Assembly (NCBI GenBank): GCA_021325555.1
Contig: JAJPGY010000041.1
Location: 3,317-67,316, forward strand
Length of the DNA: 64,000 nucleotides
Source of the DNA: Pseudomonadota bacterium
Lineage (GTDB): Bacteria; Cyanobacteriota; Vampirovibrionia; Obscuribacterales; Obscuribacteraceae
Direction of reading: 5' to 3'
The translations under genes and the position numbers were made by a program. Under the pieces are notes generated by a model, which was not told where the DNA came from, made no database searches, and worked only from the letters and a program-made list of their open reading frames with translations. Shown here piece by piece: positions 57,215 to 64,000 of the stretch (position 1 is its first letter; each line of letters starts with the position of its first letter).

Positions 57215-58480
57215 TCAGCGCGTTTCGGCGAGCAGGCTCTCCAAATCGCACCTGAGCTCCACCATTGTCTGGTAGCGGTCATCAGGATCTTTCGCCAACG
57301 CCTTTTGCAATACCCTGTCCACAAGCGGTCCCGACGGCAGTTCCGGCAGATAATCGGACAATGGATCCGGGTCGGTTTGCAACTGCCTTAGAAACATTGC
57401 CTGTGTATTGCTCGCTTTGAACGGCAGCTCATTCGTCAGGATCAAAAAGAATATGACGCCCAGCGCATAGACGTCCGTGCGGCTGTCCAGTTGATCGCCA
57501 CGCAGCTGCTCCGGCGCGATAAAACCGGCGCTGCCGATTATCTTGTCGGCGTCAGTGAGCCGGCGCTTCGAGTCCAGCAGATGCGATATGCCAAAGTCCA
57601 CGATCTTCACCCAATCAGGACGGGACTTCATCTCCTGGAGCATGATGTTGTCGGGCTTCAGGTCCCGGTGAACAATGCCGGCGGCGTGCACTACCTCGAG
57701 CCCGCGGCAGCATTGAATGAGAATCTCCAGAGCGTCCTCCAGCGGCACAGAGCCTTCGCGCGCCAGCCTGTCGACGAGAGCCTCACCGCTTACATATTCC
57801 ATCACCAGATAAGGCTGCCCGTTGACCGCCACACCGGTGTCATAGATCGAAGCGACGTTGACGTGATTTATCCGGGCCATCGCCCGAGCCTCCTGCTCGA
57901 ATCGGCTGCGCTGCGTTGCATCGTCGAGCAGATGCGCCTGAAGTAGCTTCACGACCACGATTTTGCCCATGCCGAGATGAGTCGCCTGGTACACATGGGC
58001 CATGCCTCCCTGGGCAATAAACTTATCCAGCCTGTATTTGCCGGCGATGACGTGACCCGCCTGGATCGGGCCTGCGGACGCTTCGGACGGCTCGCTCCGA
58101 CCCGCCCTGGCGGATACGGCCGCCCGCCGCAAGAGCGCCCGCAGGCGAGCAGACAGCTCCCGCAACTGAAATGGCTTCGTCAGGTAGTCATCAGCTCCCG
58201 CATCAAGTCCGGCCTCCTTGTCCTCCAGGTCCCTCTTTCCGGTGAGCATCAGTATCGGGGTCAAGCCGCCGGCTTCCCTGTGTTGCCGGCAGATGTCCGG
58301 GCCGGAAACATCGGGCAGCTCCCAGTCAAGGATTACCGCGTCGTACTCGCCTGACTGCAGGCGCTCACGGCCGTCTCTCCCCTTGTAAACCGCCTCGGGG
58401 GCGTGTCCTTCGCCCTGCAGAAAATCCACAATCAAAGCGGAAAGCTGCCGGTCGTCCTCAACAATCAGGATTTTGGCCAT
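57215..58480 (-). CDS. Receiver (REC) domain fused to a Hanks-type Ser/Thr protein kinase
   Basis: Start MAKILIVEDD at ATG 58480. REC domain (AVILDWELPDVSG...ILMLTGK...GADDYLTKPF...LRALLRR). Kinase domain: YRLDKFIAQGGMAHVY, VVVKLL, HRDLKPDNIML, IVDFGIS, GSAGFIAPEQ. Confidence 0.85.
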   Translation of the reverse strand: MAKILIVEDDRQLSALIVDFLQGEGHAPEAVYKGRDGRERLQSGEYDAVILDWELPDVSGPDICRQHREAGGLTPILMLTGKRDLEDKEAGLDAGADDYLTKPFQLRELSARLRALLRRAAVSARAGRSEPSEASAGPIQAGHVIAGKYRLDKFIAQGGMAHVYQATHLGMGKIVVVKLLQAHLLDDATQRSRFEQEARAMARINHVNVASIYDTGVAVNGQPYLVMEYVSGEALVDRLAREGSVPLEDALEILIQCCRGLEVVHAAGIVHRDLKPDNIMLQEMKSRPDWVKIVDFGISHLLDSKRRLTDADKIIGSAGFIAPEQLRGDQLDSRTDVYALGVIFFLILTNELPFKASNTQAMFLRQLQTDPDPLSDYLPELPSGPLVDRVLQKALAKDPDDRYQTMVELRCDLESLLAETR

Positions 58481-58678
58481 GTTCGAAACGGTCTTTCTCC
58501 GCAACCGGACCAGGGATTGCCCAGATAAAGAAGTACCACAGGCACCATGAGATTCGGCAGGCTTACAGGCCATCGTTAACCCGGCGGCGACTTCGGGCAA
58601 TAAATAACTTGGTTACAAAGGCGCCGTAAAGTTTTCAGCAGCCTATTTTGTTAGAAGGATTGGTCGAGGGTAGCAGCC

Positions 58679-60333
58679 ATGACCGATTCACATGAGAAGC
58701 AGGCTGAAAGGGCCGCGGAAGCAAGTAAAAGGACTGACCAACCCGGCCAGCAGGAAATAGCTGCCGGGAAGGTCGAACTGGCGCGCAAGGAGAAGGAGCA
58801 CCGCCAGTACCTGAAAGGGGGCGGCAAAAGCGGCATCACCGGGACATTTGGCAAGCCCGTTCTTTTCGATAAAGACATTCAATCGTCAAATGTCGAACTG
58901 GGAGGACCTTACAGCCCGGCCAGGGTTCATCAAGAAGACGGGGTACCGGTCAGCATCGAATGGACCGACGATTTCGGCACAACGACAATTCAGGTTGATG
59001 CGGACGGAAAAATGACAGGCGGGCAGGTCACCTCGGGTGGCTCGGAGGTCGCAGAGATAACACCGCTCGGCGGAAATAAAGCGGTCTACGACGACGAAAC
59101 TACCAGGCGCCTCGTCGAGATCGACGTTGCCCCCAGGAGGGGCGTCCCGGTCAGGGAATTGGGGCGGTATGATCCGGACACGGGAACGGTGACAAAGGAC
59201 GAAGGCGGCTACCAGAGCAGAGAATCCCTTGCCCCCGGACGCCATGACAGCGTCGACCGGAACGGAGATCTGCAAGCGACCACGGATCGCGGCGATTACT
59301 ATCTAAGGTCACGGAAAAGATTGCGGCACCAGAGGAGGAATTCATCAAGAAGCACCCGGATATCGACACGCGTGACGTCGCTGAGATACACAGGCGGTTC
59401 CACGGACACCCAGAGAAGATCGAAGCATTTTATAAGTCACTGGAGAAGATAGACACCGCAAAAAACCTCAGCAAGGCGGAGAAAAGCGCCCTGCGAAAAG
59501 ACCTCATGCGCCACGTGGCGGCGCCTGAGGACATCTATCAGGGCACCACCGAGTCCTGCAATGTCTCGGTAATTGAACGTGACCTGGCAATGACGAATCC
59601 AGGAAAGTACGTCGACATAGTGCGCCAGGCGGTATCCGAAGGTGTGATGCACACTGTCAAGGGCGACGTAAAGCTGGACGTGCACAACCTGAAGATGCGT
59701 GATTCCAGCGGACGGGATCTCGCCGGCCGAATCTTTCAGACCGCCGCCTTGCACGCCGAGTTCTGGCCGACAAAGAACTTCGAAAACACTCCCGACGGCA
59801 TTGGGCGACTCTTGCCCGGCGACAAGGCACATAACAAGGGATCCGACAATGAAGTGCCTTTCACCGGACTGCTGCCGGCGGAACTGGCGGACATTCGCTA
59901 CAAAATGACCGGACTGGAAAAGGCAACCACGTTCATTCACAACGAGAGGGAGCTCAAGGACGCCTGTAACAAGAACGGCGTGCCGATGACCATGGCCGTT
60001 GACGCTACCGCCCCGCCGTTCAATGCCTCGCCTCATTCGGATCATCGCCCGAATCACGTTGTCACCATAGTCGGCGTCATAGAAGGACAGCCGCGAAAAT
60101 ACTTGATACAGAACCAATGGGGGATGAAAAACGATCATTCCACGCCAGACACGGCAGTCTCGGAATCTGATCTGATCAAGAACATGACAGGTCCGGAGGG
60201 CGATGCGGCAGGCGAGGCCCTTGTGCCGGGAGATCACACCAGGGTAATCGCCAACGGCAACGCTGTTGCTGATTACAACTTCCTCGAAGACCAGCGCCAC
60301 AAGCGGTACGATCTGGAGTTGGGGAAACACTGA
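58679..60333 (+). pseudogene. Papain-fold (clan CA) cysteine peptidase gene interrupted by a frameshift near 59297-59310
   Basis: ORF 58679..59452 turns into Arg/Ser-rich nonsense after ...TTDRGDYYL. The frame of ORF 59506..60333 is already open from 59248 and reads sensibly from about 59305 (KVTEKIAAPEEEFIKKHPDIDTRDVAEIHRRFHGHPEKIEAFYKSLEKIDTAKNLSKAEKSALRKDLMRHVAAPEDIYQGTTESCNV). No ATG, GTG or TTG occurs in that frame before 59506. Catalytic layout is Q-x5-C (YQGTTESC), NHVVTIVG, NQWG. Confidence 0.6.
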
Positions 60334-60334
60334 T

Positions 60335-60880
60335 ATGACTGTGCTGCGAAACAGATATTCTTCCGAATACGGCTGGAGCATGAGCCTTCCTGATGGCTGG
60401 GAAAGGCTTGGCGCACCGACTTCCGGAACGCTGACCCTCGCGCAAGCCGTAGTGCTTGCCAAAGTGGATCAGCCGAGGACTTCGATAACCTGGATGGTCC
60501 GCGGTTATCCGGCCACAGAGGAAACCGTCGACTCATTTTCCAGGGTCACCGCAACGGAAGCGATAGCTGATAACGACACAATCCTCCGCATGGTAAATGG
60601 AATCTTTCCGCTCATCGGCACGCTCGATGAGTCTGCCACCGTAAACCTTCCGGACGGCTCGAAAGCGATCGAAACAATTGAAGGCTACTTCGAGGGCGAA
60701 ATAAAGCGCGGATATCAGCTCGTCATTCCTTTGCAACTACCCGATGAGTACGCACCAACATTTCAGCGATTGTGCTTTTACGCCCGCGACGACGTCTTCC
60801 GGCAAAACCTCTACGCTGTGCGCACCGCAGCCCAGTCGTTTCGCTACGATCGCCCGTACGGATACGTAAATGTGAAGTAA
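60335..60880 (+). CDS. Hypothetical protein tightly linked to the protease gene (candidate inhibitor/immunity partner)
   Basis: ATG at 60335 lies 1 nt after the protease stop (TGATATG). 181 aa, MTVLRNRYSSEYGWSMSLPDGWERLG... No signal peptide and no recognised motif. Confidence 0.5.
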   Translation: MTVLRNRYSSEYGWSMSLPDGWERLGAPTSGTLTLAQAVVLAKVDQPRTSITWMVRGYPATEETVDSFSRVTATEAIADNDTILRMVNGIFPLIGTLDESATVNLPDGSKAIETIEGYFEGEIKRGYQLVIPLQLPDEYAPTFQRLCFYARDDVFRQNLYAVRTAAQSFRYDRPYGYVNVK

Positions 60881-61362
60881 CCGGCGGTTAATAAGGCAAA
60901 GCGCCGCATACCTTAATGAGGGCATATGGAATCGGAGAATCAGCGCCACAACGCCGAACCCCCATCGAATAACAATGGAACTCCTCCGTCGCCCCGCCCA
61001 GCCACAAGTTGCAGCTCGAAGCGCCATTCAACTGCTCAGGCACTAGCACAGCGGTGGACCCGGCTCGCTCGTTTTAATGCGGCATGTGGCCGGCATGCCT
61101 GGTGTGGAAGCGAGTCCGTTTTGAAGGCACCTGTCCCTAACTAATACGATCCGCCAGGACAAAAAGTTCAATCTTTAACGAGCTGGACCAAATTTGTCAT
61201 AACGCTGCTACGACCTTGTAAACAGCCTCACCTAACTTAGAGTCATGGGCTGACGGCAGAGCCGCAGCATATAAATTCCAGCTGCAACCGGCGAGCAACA
61301 GCGAAAGCGACAGCAGCCTGAATAACTCTTCTGGCGGGTCCCTAACCGCAACGCCAGAGAGC

Positions 61363-61399
61363 AGACAGCTCCAACCCTTCAAGGGTTGGGCTGCTGTCT
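61363..61399. other. Strong imperfect hairpin in non-coding DNA
   Basis: AGACAGC-T-CCAACCCTT-C-AAGGGTTGG-GCT-GCTGTCT: a 9-bp stem plus a 7-bp stem with a small bulge. No flanking U-tract. Confidence 0.5.
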
Positions 61400-61590
61400 T
61401 AAAGGGGGGACAGGCATGAATTGACTAAAGGATTCGCACTTGGTATTAATCAACTCAAGTGTGCCTGAGCGCGTTTCGATCGGGGCACCAAAGAGGCGAA
61501 TCACTTCCGGCGGTGGCAAAAATCCTTCCAGAGGGGACGGCAAGCAGCTTGCCGACATGGTGCGCATAGCCGTGCCTTTTTGATCAACAC

Positions 61591-62483
61591 CTGGTAGAGC
61601 TGGTCGGAGACGACGATAGCGCTTTCAGGCAGTTGCGGGTGTGCAACTACGATCTTGTCCTTTTGGATTGGGGGCTGCCTGGGAAAAGCGGGCTGGATGT
61701 TTGCAAAGAGTTTAGCGGGCGGGGCGGCGAGACGCCCATTCTTATGCTCACCGGCAGAGGTAACCGACAAAGTGGTCGGGCTGGACTCGGGCGCCGATGA
61801 TTACCTGGCCAAACCGTTTCACGCGCGAGAGCTGGCGGCACGTGTGCGCGCTTTGCAGCGGCGACCGACAGCTTTAACCGGCTCAGTCCTGACGGCCGGC
61901 GATCTTTGCCGCGAGCCGGTCAAGCACCGCACGACGCTCAACCGTCAGCCGATTGCGCTTCTGCCCAAAGAGTTTGCGCTCCTGGAGTTTTTGCGGCCCG
62001 ATCCCGACCAGGTGTTCTCGCCCGAAAGCGCTGCTTGCCCATGTCTGGACGTCTGATACCGATGCCAGCATTGCCGCGCTGCGCACACCACTGACCGGGG
62101 TTTATGTCTTTTTGTCGCTTCTCACCAAAGGAGCAATTAAACAGGACGACTTGAAGCGTAAAGCAGAGCAAGCGGAGCGAAGCATCCAGCGTTTGATCTC
62201 GCTGGTAAAGGAGCTTTTGGATCTGGAAAAGCTCGAATCGGGGATGATGGAGATGGCCCTGGCACCGGTATCGGTGGCATCCATCCTGGAGCGGGCCGCT
62301 GAATCCGTAGCTGAATTTGCAGAACAGCACAACGTCACCATAGAAGCCGGACAGCCCAGCGTCTGCAAGGCGCTTGTTGAGCAGCACGGCGGGACAATCG
62401 GGTTGGAAAGCGAAGAAGGAAAGGGCAGCGAGTTCTGTTTCCGTATACCGCGCAAACCGGCGCCGTCAGCAGCGCCAGATTAA
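61591..62483 (+). pseudogene. Decayed two-component system: OmpR-type response regulator split over three frames, fused to a truncated histidine kinase tail
   Basis: Frame 1: LVELVGDDDSAFRQLRVCNYDLVLLDWGLPGKSGLDVCKEF..ETPILMLTGRG, then a stop at 61798. Frame 2: [34 protein letters not shown]...LLPKEFALLEFL. Frame 0: ALLAHVWTSDTDAS..., then kinase remnants LISLVKELLDLEKLESGMMEM...VAEFAEQHNVTIEAGQPS jumping straight to ALVEQHGGTIGLESEEGKGSEFCFRIP. The H-box, N-box and G1 are missing. Confidence 0.7.
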
Positions 62484-63008
62484 TCTCAAGGCAGCCAGCG
62501 ATGGCCGTCGTCGGCAAATGTAAAGTTTTGTGATCGGCCTGCCCGCCGTGAAGACAGCCTTTAACACAGCTGAGCAACCAGTATTCTCCAAATCAGATAC
62601 CTGTGAGGGTTGTTGAGAAATTGTCCCTGTTGTCTGCCCCGTCTTTTAATGGCTTATCCCTTGACCACCGAATTTGTCGATGATTGAATGTTGCTATAGA
62701 CATACTCATGAATTGCGGGTAAAAGAGGGGCAATAGGGGTACCTGATGTGATGGACCTGTTTGGGAGGGGACAAGGCAGGCTATTGGGTTGGACGTTGGG
62801 CGTGATAATGACCAACGCATAGATGAATGTGCGTCTGATTTGCGGGCCGGTCTGTTGAGAAGTCCACAGCTTCTGTGACTTAACAGCCGGGGGGACATAG
62901 GAAGCACTGGGTTCTGAACCTGGTGGATTCGTGGCAATCTGTTGAATTGGCGCAAACCCTAGTTGACAGAACCTTATCCGAAGTTTGCCGGCTGGTGAGG
63001 CAAATGTC

Positions 63009-64000
63009 ATGGAAAAGGTCAAAATTCTGTATCTACTGCTTGTTTTTCAACTTGCCGTAGGCTCAATGCCGGCAGCTCTATCAGCCCCGGAAGCGCAGAC
63101 ACCTCCTCCGCAGCCTGCGGCCATCCAACCAACTCCCTGGCATGCGGACTTGAGCACCCTGGTCCCCATCCAGCACCACCACGACATCACATCGATCAAC
63201 CTCGACCTCAGCTCGGCGGTGAGTTCGCTTTCCGCTGGACACCTGCACCACCTGTCTACAGTCAACATTAGGGTCGGAGATTCGACGCTGTCCGTGGCTC
63301 CCGGCATGTCGCTCACAGCGGCCGAGCTAGTCGCCGTCAGCCAGGTTGTTAACACCGGTCACCAATCAATCGTTCTCGGCGCTCAGGGCAATGCGGTAGG
63401 CGGCAGCCTCTCGATCACCGCGGGCGTGAGCCAGCACCTCGCCAATCTTGTCGTCCCTGCGGGCGTGACGGTGGTAGACAATGTCGCTCGCAACGGCGCC
63501 CTCAATCTGTCCGACAATTTGACCAATGCCGGCACCTTTTATGTCTTGTCCACGAACCCGCATATAATCAATGCCATTGTCAATGTAAACAACTTTTTGA
63601 ATCAACCAGGTGGCGTTATTACAACGGTGCTTCCTGGCTCGCTTCAAATGACCGGAGTTGTCGCCAACACGAGCCTGACGATAAACGCCCTGAACAACAT
63701 TATAAACAGCGGAACAATTTCCAGCGCCGGCAACCTGACAATGACAGCCGGCGGTCAGATTTTGAACGCGCTACCCGCCGGGACAAGTGGGGCGGCGCCA
63801 CGGATGGAGGCGGCCCAAGCGGTCGCGCTGCAGGCAGCCAGCGTAGTAAATCATGGGGTTATCTCATCCCAGCTCGGCAACTTCTCAATTACGACCGCGA
63901 ACTTGGCGAATAGCGGGATCTTGCAAGCGCTGTCCGGCAGCCTGCAGGTCCTTAGCCCGACTGCAACCTTGAACGTAAACAACTTGCTGGGCAGCATCCT
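63009..64000 (+). CDS. N-terminal part of a large secreted beta-helical repeat protein (filamentous-hemagglutinin/adhesin-like); continues beyond the window
   Basis: My own translation from ATG 63009 gives MEKVKILYLLLVFQLAVGSMPAALSAPEA (signal-like), then Asn/Gly/Ser/Thr-rich repeats (NNIINSGTISSAGNLTMTAGGQILN, VVNHGVISSQLGNFSITTANLANSGILQALSGSLQV). I checked it codon by codon and it stays open to nt 64000. It is absent from the ORF track because it is open-ended. Confidence 0.65.
   Translation, partial: MEKVKILYLLLVFQLAVGSMPAALSAPEAQTPPPQPAAIQPTPWHADLSTLVPIQHHHDITSINLDLSSAVSSLSAGHLHHLSTVNIRVGDSTLSVAPGMSLTAAELVAVSQVVNTGHQSIVLGAQGNAVGGSLSITAGVSQHLANLVVPAGVTVVDNVARNGALNLSDNLTNAGTFYVLSTNPHIINAIVNVNNFLNQPGGVITTVLPGSLQMTGVVANTSLTINALNNIINSGTISSAGNLTMTAGGQILNALPAGTSGAAPRMEAAQAVALQAASVVNHGVISSQLGNFSITTANLANSGILQALSGSLQVLSPTATLNVNNLLGSI

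Noticed and set aside
59296-59325. Programmed -1 ribosomal frameshifting as the explanation for the split protease gene.
   Set aside because: In the upstream frame the codons are TCA CGG AAA AGA TTG. No X XXY YYZ slippery heptamer is in register, and no obvious downstream pseudoknot or hairpin was seen. A simple 1-nt indel (real or a sequencing error) is more parsimonious, though it is not excluded experimentally.
63009-63700. Calling the adhesin-like ORF a two-partner-secretion TpsA with an N-terminal TPS domain.
   Set aside because: The NPNL and NPNGI motifs are not present (only a loose STNPHIINAIVNVNN). It is kept as a generic beta-helical secreted protein.

Overview
Densely coding bacterial chromosomal segment. 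G+C is very high for the first ~53 kb and visibly lower toward the 3' end. Hand counts of single 60-nt lines give 48/60 G+C at 22861-22920 and 23/60 at 62641-62700. All calls come from reading the supplied ORF track plus my own translations; no database search or computation was run. I saw no rRNA, tRNA, CRISPR array, transposase or integrase.

Blocks, in order:
1. A minus-strand type IV pilus cluster, pilB-pilT-pilC ... pilD. A group-3 (SigF/FliA-like) sigma factor and an ABC-2 exporter are embedded between pilC and pilD. PilB carries an unusual C-terminal triple zinc-ribbon tail.
2. An envelope glycosylation and O-acylation locus. It holds a GT-C (GT39/PMT_2-like) membrane glycosyltransferase, a GT2 polyprenyl-phosphate-sugar-synthase-like enzyme, a TPR membrane protein, and one MBOAT followed by three tandem, diverged SGNH/DltD-like paralogs. 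This last set is my best candidate for an undescribed system.
3. A housekeeping string: J-domain protein, der, plsY, htrA, an OmpR-type regulator, then acyP and dnaX.
4. A CHASE2 histidine kinase / LuxR-type regulator / secreted-protein operon, divergent from a VIT-vWA secreted protein.
5. dxs, recR, ybaB, two tandem LPLAT acyltransferases (the second lacks the catalytic His and Asp), an esterase/ATP-grasp divergent pair, an MFS transporter and pgm.
6. An RsbR-RsbS-RsbT stressosome module with a fused kinase-like/PP2C phosphatase and a hybrid histidine kinase, next to tandem hsp20 genes.
7. A lower-GC, partly decayed tail. It contains a REC-Ser/Thr kinase fusion, a frameshifted papain-fold cysteine protease gene with a tightly linked partner gene, a dead two-component system, and the start of a large beta-helical adhesin-like protein that runs off the window.

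The pilB-pilT-pilC order, the SigF-like sigma factor and an RpaB-like regulator are reminiscent of cyanobacteria-related lineages. That is only a weak impression.
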